NCBI GenBank assembly: GCA_044352715.1
Contig: JBILDG010000001.1
Span: 1 to 48,156 of the forward strand
Source of the DNA: Chthoniobacterales bacterium
Lineage (GTDB): Bacteria > Verrucomicrobiota > Verrucomicrobiia > Chthoniobacterales > JACTMZ01
Length of the DNA: 48,156 nucleotides
Direction of reading: 5' to 3'
Under the pieces are notes generated by a model. The model did not search any database. It saw only the letters and a program-made list of their open reading frames with translations, and was not told the origin of the DNA. Positions 8,205-16,849 of this stretch are shown here, in pieces. The translations under genes and the position numbers were made by a program. Within the stretch, counting starts at the first letter, position 1, and the number at the start of each line of letters is the position of its first letter.

Positions 8205-10598
8205 TCAGCTCCGCCGCCGACGGCGGCGCACGACGTGCGCAGCCAGACCCGCAGCCGAAAGCACCAGCAACGCGTAGGTCGAGGGCTCGGGAACGGCCGT
8301 GTAATTCAAGTAAATGTCATTGCCGTCTTGATAAAGAGAGAAACTTGCCCCGCTGCGTGCTGTGCTAAGCACATTGGATTGGCTGTCAATCCAGTCGATG
8401 TTAGCCAGACTCAGATTGGTAAAGTTGGTGATATTGCCACCTCCGGTCAGGCTATAAACAAGCCATCCACTGGTTCCAAGATAGTCGGTAGACCAGAGAT
8501 TATTCGACCAAGTAACCCCAGTGCTGAAGTTAAGTGTCATCGTCACCGGCCCGCCGAAAGACAGGTTTCCTCCTGTGATATTGACACCGTCAAAAGATTC
8601 ACCGCGGTCATCTGGATTAACCGTGTTCGCAGCCAACTCCCAAATAAACTGGGCACCTCCATTGTAAGTGAGTCCATTGGTGAATGTCTGGATACCCGGA
8701 CTGTTGCCGGGGCTGTGCGTGCCGCTGATGGTGGTGGCGCCACCAATCGTGCCGGAGCCGCCCAAGGTCGCGTTGGCCGCCACGGTGAGCAGGCCGGTCG
8801 CACCCGATTGGTTGCCATTGACGATGAGGGAGCCGGCGCTGACCGTGGTCGTGCCGCTGTAGGTGTTCGCACCGGAAAGAACCCACGTGCCGGCGTTCGT
8901 CTTGGCTAAGCTGATGGTCTTGAGGTTGCTGCCCGATCCGGTGTTGGCGATCACGCCGGAGATGGTGTTGGCTCCCGTGTTGGTTCCGCCCAGCGTCAGA
9001 GTGCGGGCGTTGGTTGCACTACCGGCGGTGCCGCTGACATTGAAGGTCGCATTGTCGAACACCAAGGCGCCCGAACCATTGTTGAGGATGGTCGAGCCGC
9101 CGCCGCCGTCACCGTTGCCGATGTTGATCTGCAGGTCGCTGGTGTCACCCGTGCCCGTGTATTCCAGCGTGCCGGTGGTGACTGTCTGGCCAAGCCGCAT
9201 CACCGAGTTGCTGTTCCGCGTGCCCACCGAACTGTTCTCGCCCACATTGGCCAACTTGGTCACTTGCACCGTGCCCGAGTTGATACCGAAGCCCCCGGAG
9301 AACGTGTTGGCCGTATTCGCCATCACCAATGTTCCGGTCCCGGACTTGAAAAGAGCCCCGCTGGAACCGTCCACCAGGCCGGAGATCGTCGCCAGCCGGT
9401 TGACCAAAAGAGTACGATTGGTGGCGCCCGTCGTGGTCACCGGGCCGCTCAAGGTCAGATCACCGGTGCCGATCGTGCTTTCCGTCAAAGTCACCTGAGC
9501 TACCCCGGACAACGTCACCGCATTGGTGAGGGTGCGCGCCGTTGCGTCGTCGGAGGCCAGCGTGCCGCCCGACAACGTCAACGTGCCGGTGCCGAAGGCG
9601 TTGTTGTGGCCCGCCCGCAGCACGCCATTGATCAGGGTCGTGCCGCCGGTGTAGGCGTTCGATGAAGAAAGGATCCACGTGCCGGCTTCCTGCTTGACCA
9701 CGCTGATGGTCTTGAGGTTGATGCCCGATCCGGTGTTGGCGATCGCGCCCGAAATGGTGTTGGCCCCCGTGTTGGTTCCGCCCAGCGTGAGATTGCGGGC
9801 ATTGACGGCGCTGCCGGTGGCCCCGCTGACATTGAAGGTCGCGTTGTTGAACACCAAGGCTCCCGAGCCGTTGTTGAGGATCGTCGAGCCCCCATTGCCA
9901 TCACCGTTGCCGATGTTGATCTGCCGGTCGCTGGTGTCACCCGTGCCCACATATTCCAGCGTGCCGGTGTTGCCGAGCTGCCCCAGGCGCACCGCCCCCG
10001 TGCCGGCGCCAATCGAGCTGTTCTGGTTGGTATTGGCCAGCTTGGTCACCCGCACCGTGCCTTGGTCGATGAGCATCTGGCCAGTGAACGTGTTGGCCGT
10101 GTTGGACAAGACCAATGTGCCCGCCCCGGTCTTCAACAGATTGCGGGCCGTGGCGCCGTCTTGTCCGATCACGCCCGTCAGGATCAGCGTCGATGTATTA
10201 AGGTTGGTGATGGTGCGCTGGGCGTTGAGCGTGAGATCCATCGCCATGGTCTGCGTCGCCGTGCCCGCCGTGACAATATTGTTACTCAGTGTGATGCGGT
10301 TGCCCGTGAGAAAAAAATTGCCAGCGTTGGTTGCGAAATTGATCAAACCAAAGGCCGTGCCCGCGGCGAAATTGTTGGTGTTGGTCAGACGCGTGCTGCC
10401 GTCGAAGGTCAGCGCGCTGTTGGCCGCAGGCAAGGCGCTCCAGTTGCCCGCAGTCTGCCAATTGCCGTCAGCCCCGCCACCGTTCCACGTCGATTGCGCC
10501 GGCAGATCGAACGACAACGATATGAGAAACGTGATCAACACGGCTGGGCGGCGCATCACGGGGACAAGGAAACGCAGATGAGGGACGGGGGATTTCAT
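8205..10598 (-). CDS. Autotransporter-associated beta-strand (PATR) repeat protein with C-terminal PEP-CTERM sorting signal
   Basis: Repeated G(A/T)GTLVL.N.N.(Y/F)(T/S)G.T.I..G.L units. The C-terminus is VPEPSTYALLVLSAAGLAAHVVRRRRRRS (PEP plus TM plus Arg-rich). Start taken at ATG 10598, because the TTG at 10622 lies only 2 nt from a TATAAT box. The start is uncertain. Confidence 0.85.
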   Translation of the reverse strand: MKSPVPHLRFLVPVMRRPAVLITFLISLSFDLPAQSTWNGGGADGNWQTAGNWSALPAANSALTFDGSTRLTNTNNFAAGTAFGLINFATNAGNFFLTGNRITLSNNIVTAGTATQTMAMDLTLNAQRTITNLNTSTLILTGVIGQDGATARNLLKTGAGTLVLSNTANTFTGQMLIDQGTVRVTKLANTNQNSSIGAGTGAVRLGQLGNTGTLEYVGTGDTSDRQINIGNGDGNGGSTILNNGSGALVFNNATFNVSGATGSAVNARNLTLGGTNTGANTISGAIANTGSGINLKTISVVKQEAGTWILSSSNAYTGGTTLINGVLRAGHNNAFGTGTLTLSGGTLASDDATARTLTNAVTLSGVAQVTLTESTIGTGDLTLSGPVTTTGATNRTLLVNRLATISGLVDGSSGALFKSGTGTLVMANTANTFSGGFGINSGTVQVTKLANVGENSSVGTRNSNSVMRLGQTVTTGTLEYTGTGDTSDLQINIGNGDGGGGSTILNNGSGALVFDNATFNVSGTAGSATNARTLTLGGTNTGANTISGVIANTGSGSNLKTISLAKTNAGTWVLSGANTYSGTTTVSAGSLIVNGNQSGATGLLTVAANATLGGSGTIGGATTISGTHSPGNSPGIQTFTNGLTYNGGAQFIWELAANTVNPDDRGESFDGVNITGGNLSFGGPVTMTLNFSTGVTWSNNLWSTDYLGTSGWLVYSLTGGGNITNFTNLSLANIDWIDSQSNVLSTARSGASFSLYQDGNDIYLNYTAVPEPSTYALLVLSAAGLAAHVVRRRRRRS
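8858..9350 (-). repeat. Intragenic tandem duplication, copy 2 (C-proximal) of the PATR gene
   Basis: ctgatggtcttgaggttg occurs at 8911 and again at 9703 (offset 792 nt, or 264 codons). gaacgtgttgg occurs at 9300 and at 10086 (offset 786 nt). Long near-identical stretches lie between them. Boundaries are approximate. Confidence 0.8.
9650..10140 (-). repeat. Intragenic tandem duplication, copy 1 (N-proximal) of the PATR gene
   Basis: Partner of 8858..9350. At protein level, LVLSNTANTFTGQ...TLEYVGTGDTSDRQINIGNGDGNGGSTILNNGSGALVFNNATFNVSG pairs with LVMANTANTFSGG...TLEYTGTGDTSDLQINIGNGDGGGGSTILNNGSGALVFDNATFNVSG. Confidence 0.8.
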
Positions 10599-10624
10599 GG
10601 CTGGGAGTAGATGTCTACCCAAAA

Positions 10625-10630
10625 ATTATA
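10625..10630 (-). promoter_or_regulatory. Candidate -10 box (TATAAT) for the PATR/PEP-CTERM gene
   Basis: The plus strand reads attata, so the minus strand reads TATAAT. It lies 26 nt upstream of ATG 10598. No convincing -35 was found. Confidence 0.3.
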
Positions 10631-10759
10631 GGAAACCTTCCCTTACGCAAGTGTTTTTTCGCCTAAAAGATTTTCGGCCCTAGCCCCGCGAGAGTCACCG
10701 GACCCGGAAAAATGTTTGGACGGCGGCGGGCGAGAGAGCTAAAGGGAACATTCCCTGTA

Positions 10760-11503
10760 ATGAACCACCTGGTCTTTTCGTCTCGGTCTTGTCTTCCCCC
10801 GGCTGCAGCCGCTGTGATCCTGCTGTTCTGGGCACCGGAAGCTGCCGCGCAAGCCAACCTGATCCACCGTTACACGTTCGGCGGCAATACCGAGGATGCG
10901 GTTGGTGGCGCCGATTTGGTGGTCAACAACCCAAGTGGAATCGCTTACCGCGAGGAGCAGCCACCGGGTGCAGCGGAGAGCGCCCCCGCGCAGTCGCTAG
11001 TCTTCGGTGAGGGCCTCGCATCCAAAATCTGGGCCCATGCGGCCGCCGAGCCCGCGCCCACCGCAGCCCAGCGCGGAACGCTCGCTTTCTGGTTCAAACC
11101 CGACCGCTTTCGCGACGAGCCCGGCGAGCACGACTACGTGCTTTTCAGCGGCGGAATGCAAGTGCGGGTCACAGGGCCGGACGCCATTCGCACCAGCATC
11201 TCCGCACGGTCGGAAACCAACGCCGTGACCGACCTGACCGGGTGGCACTTCGCGGCCTTCGCTTGGGATGACGACGCGGGGCGGGGCACGATGTATTTCA
11301 ATGGCGAGGCGTTCGAGCGGAAGTGGAATCCCGGCGGGCTCAACCCGGAGGAGATGGCCTTCGGCGCGGCGCGGGGGCTGGGCCTGCGCAGCGCCTACGC
11401 CGGGGCGCTCTATGACGTGCAAGTCTATGACAGTCCGGCGGACACCGGGGAACTGGAAAGGCTGTTCAAAAACCCCGGCAGCACACTGGACGGCGCACCG
11501 TGA
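10760..11503 (+). CDS. Secreted LamG/concanavalin-A-like lectin domain protein
   Basis: Start at MNHLVF (ATG 10760) with a signal peptide ending AAAQA. The pattern LIHRYTFGGNTEDAVGG...GTLAFWFKP...WHFAAFAWDDDAGRGTMYFNGE...GALYDVQVYD is typical of Laminin_G_3-type domains. Confidence 0.7.
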   Translation: MNHLVFSSRSCLPPAAAAVILLFWAPEAAAQANLIHRYTFGGNTEDAVGGADLVVNNPSGIAYREEQPPGAAESAPAQSLVFGEGLASKIWAHAAAEPAPTAAQRGTLAFWFKPDRFRDEPGEHDYVLFSGGMQVRVTGPDAIRTSISARSETNAVTDLTGWHFAAFAWDDDAGRGTMYFNGEAFERKWNPGGLNPEEMAFGAARGLGLRSAYAGALYDVQVYDSPADTGELERLFKNPGSTLDGAP

Positions 11504-11777
11504 CGCGCCGCGCAAGGGGCCGCAGAGACCGCCATGCGTAGGTCTTCGAGGCACTGCTGTTCCGGCGAAAGCCGGTTGCGGGCCGGGACGTTTTGCGGGC
11601 GCGGAGCGAGCGGCGTGGTCCGCGGGACGATGAGGCCGAGTCCCGCCTGCGGGCGTGCCGGCGGCGGCGGATTTCGTCCGACCCGACGAGATAACTTGCG
11701 AGGACCAGAACAACCCAAAGCAGCAAAACAGCCACCCGGCCAAGCCGGAGAGCCTGCTTGATCATGACGAAAGACAT
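11466..11777 (-). CDS. Hypothetical small single-pass membrane protein (doubtful)
   Basis: The N-terminus MSFVMIKQALRLGRVAVLLLWVVLVLASYLV looks like a TM helix, but the rest is an Arg-rich, low-complexity tail. It overlaps the convergent LamG gene end by 38 nt. It is the only candidate in an otherwise 470-nt gap. Confidence 0.2.
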   Translation of the reverse strand: MSFVMIKQALRLGRVAVLLLWVVLVLASYLVGSDEIRRRRHARRRDSASSSRGPRRSLRARKTSRPATGFRRNSSASKTYAWRSLRPLARRVTVRRPVCCRGF

Positions 11778-11974
11778 ATTTTTACTTTGCGAGTGAAGCG
11801 GGTTGACAACGGAAGGATTTAAATTAAGAAAGAGAAGCTTTCCTAGTTAGGGCGAGATTTTATGCTGAAACTGGTTTTCTCCCACGAATTTCCGTCAGCC
11901 GCCGTGCGAGGCGGGTGGCATGGGAGGTCCTTTTGGGTCGCAGGTCTCTACCCCCCTACTCTGTATTGGTGCCG

Positions 11975-13450
11975 ATGAGAACATCCGGGGGATTCATCAC
12001 AAGCCTAGCTGCGCGGCTTGTGGCGGCAACCCTGCTTTGCGCGGTCGGTGCGGAGAGCCGTGCGGAGCAACCACCGGTGCGAAACGTAGTCATCATCCTC
12101 ATGGACGATCAGGGTGCGGATCTTTCGCTGCTGGGCACACCGGGGATCGCCACGCCAAATTTGGACCGCTTCGCAGCAAAGGGCGCTTATTTCCGTCAGG
12201 CCTATGCCTCGTGTTCCTCCTGCTCGCCGAGCCGAGCATCCATTTTGACCGGCATGTGGCCGCACAGCAACCGCCACTGGCGCAACACCCAGACGCCGAA
12301 TCTTGGCGATCCCGACATCGAGTTCACCCCGGAGGGCCGCAATCTCGACCGCGTGCGCATCGACGATTCGATCCCCACCCTGGTCGAGTTGCTCAAAGAT
12401 GAAGGATTCTTCACCGCTATCACCCACAAACTGCATCTCAGCCCGCCTTGGAAATACCCGTTCGAGGCGCGCCGCACGGTGCGGCACGACCCGGAGGAGT
12501 TCCGCCGGGTCATTCCCGAACTGATCGAAGCCGCGGGCGACCGCCCGTTTTTCTTCCTCGCCAATGTCGAACCGCCGCACCGCTCGTTCCGCAATACCCC
12601 GATGTTCCGGCGCATGCTCAAGCAAGGGCTCACCTCACCCGACCCCGCCGCCATCGCGGTGCCTGATTACCTGCCCGACGTGCCCGGTGTGCGGCAGGAT
12701 CTGCAGGAGTATTTCGCCTCGGTGCAAGTGGCCGACGCCTGCGCGGGCGCCATTCTCGAAGCCTTGGCCGCCTCGGGTCGCGGCGCCGAGACGCTGGTCT
12801 TTTACACCTCGGACAATGGCATGCCCGTCTTCCGTTCGAAAGGCTCGGGCTATCCGGCCGGCACGCATGTGCCGCTGGCCGCGGCGGGACCCGGCGTGCT
12901 CCCCGACCGGATGACCGCGCAACCAGTGTCGCTCCTCGACATCAAGCCGACCACGCTCGACGCGCTCGGCTTGCCCATTCCGGCGACGGTGCAAGGCGCG
13001 TCGCTGTGGCCGTGGCTGACCGGGCACGGCGAATTGCCCCCTCGCCCATTCGTTTTCACCGAGCACAATTCGCACGGACCCGATCCGCAGGAGGCCTACC
13101 CGCAGCGGGCGACGACCGACGGCAAATTTTACTACATCCTGAACCTCGATCCGGCCAAAAAGCAGTTGCTCTCCGATGACTTGCTGGGCGAAGGCCCGTG
13201 GCGCAATCCGGGCTACCCCGCGGTGGTGGCCGCGCGTGAAGAATTCCCCGACAAAGTGCGGTTCCTCGATGACATGACCGAAGGGCGGCGGCCGCCCGAG
13301 GAATTTTACGATTTGGAAAAGGACCGCTGGGGCACAGTCAACCTCGCCGACGATCCCGCCCACCGCGAAAGCTTGGAAAAAATGCGCGCCGCCGTGCATG
13401 AATGGCGCGACCGGACCAACGACATCAAAAAGAAGGTCAGTGAATTTTGA
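11975..13450 (+). CDS. S1-family sulfatase (secreted)
   Basis: Start at MRTSGG (ATG 11975) with a signal peptide. Core VRNVVIILMDDQGADLS and motif SCSSCSPSRASILTGMWPH. Confidence 0.88.
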   Translation: MRTSGGFITSLAARLVAATLLCAVGAESRAEQPPVRNVVIILMDDQGADLSLLGTPGIATPNLDRFAAKGAYFRQAYASCSSCSPSRASILTGMWPHSNRHWRNTQTPNLGDPDIEFTPEGRNLDRVRIDDSIPTLVELLKDEGFFTAITHKLHLSPPWKYPFEARRTVRHDPEEFRRVIPELIEAAGDRPFFFLANVEPPHRSFRNTPMFRRMLKQGLTSPDPAAIAVPDYLPDVPGVRQDLQEYFASVQVADACAGAILEALAASGRGAETLVFYTSDNGMPVFRSKGSGYPAGTHVPLAAAGPGVLPDRMTAQPVSLLDIKPTTLDALGLPIPATVQGASLWPWLTGHGELPPRPFVFTEHNSHGPDPQEAYPQRATTDGKFYYILNLDPAKKQLLSDDLLGEGPWRNPGYPAVVAAREEFPDKVRFLDDMTEGRRPPEEFYDLEKDRWGTVNLADDPAHRESLEKMRAAVHEWRDRTNDIKKKVSEF

Positions 13451-13466
13451 ACCGCTTCAGTCGAAG

Positions 13467-15665
13467 ATGAAAAAGCTCCTGTTCCGTCGCACACTGCCTG
13501 CCCTGCTGCTGGCGACCGCTGTCACCGGTTGGGGCAAAGGAGTCACGGGCGCGGATTTCACCACATTCGAATTCCCCGGAGATCCGGGTGCGGCCCGCTG
13601 GTATGACAATTTCACCCGTTCATTTTTCACCAACCGCATCAACCTCGAGCCAACCATCTTCCCACGTGAATACCTCGCCGTGGCCGACTGCTGGCTCAAC
13701 GATGCCCGGCGCGGGAAGCAGTCCATCCAGGAGTTTCACCGCGAACACCTGCTCGGAGACATGCTCGACCCCGAGGGTTATGTGCTCACCAGGCAACACG
13801 GCGCCTTCTCCCACGACCACGGCTGGCCGCTCGGCCATTGGAGCCAGGTGCCCGGCCCGGGCGGGTCGAAAGGCGTGACCGCCGGATGGCACTTCAGCAA
13901 AAGAAAACACAGCTGGGACGTGCACTACGAAGACGTGGCCCGGCGGATGCCCGAACGGGTTGCCGAGGGCGCCATCGCGGCGTGGAACTACGAAAATTTG
14001 CGACCGCTCGGCATCAACGCGGAGAAAAACGCGCTCGAGTTGAAAACCACAGGGGGCTTCCCGGCGATGACCAGCCCCGAGGGGGTGACCATCGACCCGT
14101 TCAACGCGCCCTACATGCAAATCCGTTGGAACACGGGCAGTCGGGCGCCCCTGCGGCCCTACATGGAATGGCAACGCGAAGGGGATAAGGACTGGAGTGA
14201 AAGTCGACGCATGTATTTCTACCCCGACTGGCTCACCGGCGACGGGCGCAGCGACACCACCGGCATGTTCCACTCCATCCTCCCGCTGCACCGGCATCCG
14301 GAGTGGAACGGGAAAATCACCCGCCTGCGCTTCCGCTTGGCCGCGGAGGAGCGACCGCCGGACATCTTCTTCGTCAATTCCATCTTCACCACTTGGGACA
14401 CGCGCCACCTTGTCAACAACGGCATCTACATCAAAGCGGCCTTTGAATATTTCCGCTGGACGGGTGACCTCGATTTCCTGCGCACCATGCTGCCGCGCCT
14501 GCGACAGGCCATGAACTACCTCATGGAGGAAGGCCACGGGCGGGAACTCAAACACATCCGCTGCACGTGGCCGGGACACGACGGGCGTCCGGGCTACACG
14601 ATCGGACCCGATGGCAAAAAAACTTTCCGCGTCGGCCGCGGCAAAGGCGGCAACTACTGGGACCTCCTGCCCTTCGGGTGGGACGACATGTATACCACCA
14701 CCCACTACTACGGCGCGCTGCTGGCCATGGCGCAGATGGAAGAAGCGGCGGCCAGCCATCCGGGTTGGGCGATGCCCGGGGGCTTCACCGCATTGTCGCC
14801 GGAAGAACTGCGCGCCCATGCCGCCGAGGTCAAACGCACGGTGAATGAGAAATTCTGGAACCCGCAAGCCGGGCGCTTCGTCGGCACCATCGACGCCGAC
14901 GGGGTGCCGCGCGACTACGGCTTCACCTTCGTCAATCTCGAGGCCGTCCACTACGGCCTGGCCGACGAGAAGAACGCGCGGGAGATCATGGCGTGGATCA
15001 ACGGAAGCCGGACCGTGGAAGGCGACACCTCCACCGGAGCCGACATCTACGCCTACCGCCTCGCGCCACGGGCCACAACCAAGCGCAACGTCGACTGGTA
15101 TGGGCACCTCTGGACCGGTCCGGAGACCCTCCCCTTCGGCGGCCAAGTGCAGGACGGCGGCGCGGTGCTGGGGTTTTCGTTTTATGACATCATGAGCCGC
15201 CTGCGCGTGCTCGGACCGGACGACGCGTGGGCGCGCTTGATGGCCATCCGTGCGTGGAACGAGGAGGTGCAGGCCCACGGCGGCTACCGCAAATATTACG
15301 CCGATGGAAAAGGCGGCACCACGCTGCAGGGTGGCGGCACAGCCGGCGGCATCGGCATCGATTTTGAATTCACCGAAAGCAGCATGCTGGCCGCCGTGGT
15401 GCCCGTCGGTTTCATGGGTCTGCGCCCGGACGGCAACACCCTGCACATCGAACCGCGTCTGCCCGCGGCCTGCCCGGAAATGACCGTGCGGAACATTCTG
15501 TATCAGGGCATCCCCCTGGACATCACCGTCTCGGCGGACGCCGTGAAAATCATCGCCCGGCAAAAACCGCCGGCCGGCCTGCCGGTTGAATTCCGCGGGC
15601 AGAAGATCACCATCGACGACGCGGGCTCTTTTGAAATGAGCGCCGCGACCGCCGATGCAACCTGA
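13467..15665 (+). CDS. Secreted glycoside-hydrolase-like protein with (alpha/alpha)6 six-hairpin-like C-terminal region; family not assigned
   Basis: Start at MKKLLFRRTLPALLLATAVTGWG (ATG 13467). The C-terminal half (GGNYWDLLPFGWDDMYTTTHYYGALLAMAQMEEA, FVNLEAVHYGLAD, LGFSFYDIMSRL) resembles GH63/GH78/GH15-type six-hairpin catalytic domains. The product call is weak. Confidence 0.55.
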   Translation: MKKLLFRRTLPALLLATAVTGWGKGVTGADFTTFEFPGDPGAARWYDNFTRSFFTNRINLEPTIFPREYLAVADCWLNDARRGKQSIQEFHREHLLGDMLDPEGYVLTRQHGAFSHDHGWPLGHWSQVPGPGGSKGVTAGWHFSKRKHSWDVHYEDVARRMPERVAEGAIAAWNYENLRPLGINAEKNALELKTTGGFPAMTSPEGVTIDPFNAPYMQIRWNTGSRAPLRPYMEWQREGDKDWSESRRMYFYPDWLTGDGRSDTTGMFHSILPLHRHPEWNGKITRLRFRLAAEERPPDIFFVNSIFTTWDTRHLVNNGIYIKAAFEYFRWTGDLDFLRTMLPRLRQAMNYLMEEGHGRELKHIRCTWPGHDGRPGYTIGPDGKKTFRVGRGKGGNYWDLLPFGWDDMYTTTHYYGALLAMAQMEEAAASHPGWAMPGGFTALSPEELRAHAAEVKRTVNEKFWNPQAGRFVGTIDADGVPRDYGFTFVNLEAVHYGLADEKNAREIMAWINGSRTVEGDTSTGADIYAYRLAPRATTKRNVDWYGHLWTGPETLPFGGQVQDGGAVLGFSFYDIMSRLRVLGPDDAWARLMAIRAWNEEVQAHGGYRKYYADGKGGTTLQGGGTAGGIGIDFEFTESSMLAAVVPVGFMGLRPDGNTLHIEPRLPAACPEMTVRNILYQGIPLDITVSADAVKIIARQKPPAGLPVEFRGQKITIDDAGSFEMSAATADAT

Positions 15666-15896
15666 ACAACCGAAAGCTCATCAGAACAACGACCCGCCAA
15701 TTCCTCACCTTGGCCGCCGAGGGGCTCCCGCCGAACGTCGTTTTCACGCCCAACTTGGGTGCCAGCAACCCGGTGGCCAACAACAGGTAAAATCCCGCTC
15801 GAAGGGCAAGTATTTAGGTCAAGCCACCACGGCGGATAAGGCAGACGCCGTCGGTTCACATCACGCGCCACTGGCGCCTCCCCGGACGGGACCCCT

Positions 15897-16772
15897 TCAT
15901 GGCGCCGTCGCCTCCGGCGGCTGCGCTTCAAGCTCGTGGAGGGCGGCGGCATAGCGACGACCGATTTCTTCGGCGGCCTCTGTGTCATAGTGCAACCGGT
16001 CGCCGATGTGACCGGTCAGATCCCGTGCATCCACCGTCGCCGTGCGGTCCCGCAAAGCGGGGAGTCCGAGCAGGATGTCATTGATCTGCCTCGTGTGGTC
16101 GAAGCGGGGATGGGGCTCGATGAAAGAACCGATCGTGCACGCGATAAATGGCAGCTGCGGGTCACCGAACTCCGCGCGAAAATCATCCACCAGACGGAGA
16201 AGATTCTCCTGGTAAACCGCCTGCCGGGCCGCCGTGCTGTCCGACTCGCCCTGTAGCCAGAGGATCCCCCGCAGACGCGGCTTCGGCTCGGTGGGCGCGG
16301 CCAAAGCCAACCGGACTTGGCGCACCGCCTCTTTGTAGAGGCCTTTCGGGTGACCGGGCCGCCAGAGCGCGATCCATGATCCGCCCACTGCGGCCGGCAC
16401 CAGCCCGATGACCGCCTGCGGGTTCTCCGCCAGCAAAGCACGGCCGAAACTCATGCCTGGTCCCACCCCGGCATTATCGGAACGATCAATCATGTCCTTT
16501 TGGCCCGCCGCGTGCAGTGGATCCCGGGCCGGCACCCACTGGTTCCCATGCGAAGGGAACATCCACAGACGGGGATCGGTCGCCGGAGTTTCGCTCAACT
16601 TTCCCCTCCCCTTCATGTTCGATTGCCCGATCAGCAGGAACACATCAAATGTCGCGGCATCCGGGGGAAAATCCGCCGCCCGGCACGGGAAAATTACCAC
16701 CCAGACAAAAACGGCCGCGATCATCCGCCAGCGAGCCACGATGATTTGGAGAGTACCAATGGCCATCGTCAC
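15897..16772 (-). CDS. SASA-family carbohydrate esterase (sialate O-acetylesterase-like, DUF303)
   Basis: FDVFLLIGQSNMKGRG (GQSNM motif), ILWLQGESDS and LHYDTEAAEEIGRRYA. The start may instead be the internal MIAAVFVWVVIFPCRA (16724). Confidence 0.8.
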   Translation of the reverse strand: MTMAIGTLQIIVARWRMIAAVFVWVVIFPCRAADFPPDAATFDVFLLIGQSNMKGRGKLSETPATDPRLWMFPSHGNQWVPARDPLHAAGQKDMIDRSDNAGVGPGMSFGRALLAENPQAVIGLVPAAVGGSWIALWRPGHPKGLYKEAVRQVRLALAAPTEPKPRLRGILWLQGESDSTAARQAVYQENLLRLVDDFRAEFGDPQLPFIACTIGSFIEPHPRFDHTRQINDILLGLPALRDRTATVDARDLTGHIGDRLHYDTEAAEEIGRRYAAALHELEAQPPEATAP

Positions 16773-16849
16773 GAAAAGCTAATCCATTTGCAGCGCATCA
16801 GAAAAACTTGGTTAGTTTACTTCATCAAGAGGCACGCAGGCCGAACCGC

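Noticed and set aside
11803-11831. A perfect TTGACA at 11803..11808 as the -35 of the sulfatase promoter.
   Set aside because: No acceptable -10 hexamer lies at 15-18 nt spacing; the candidates are TTAAGA, TAAGAA and AAGAAA. It lies about 170 nt from the ATG.
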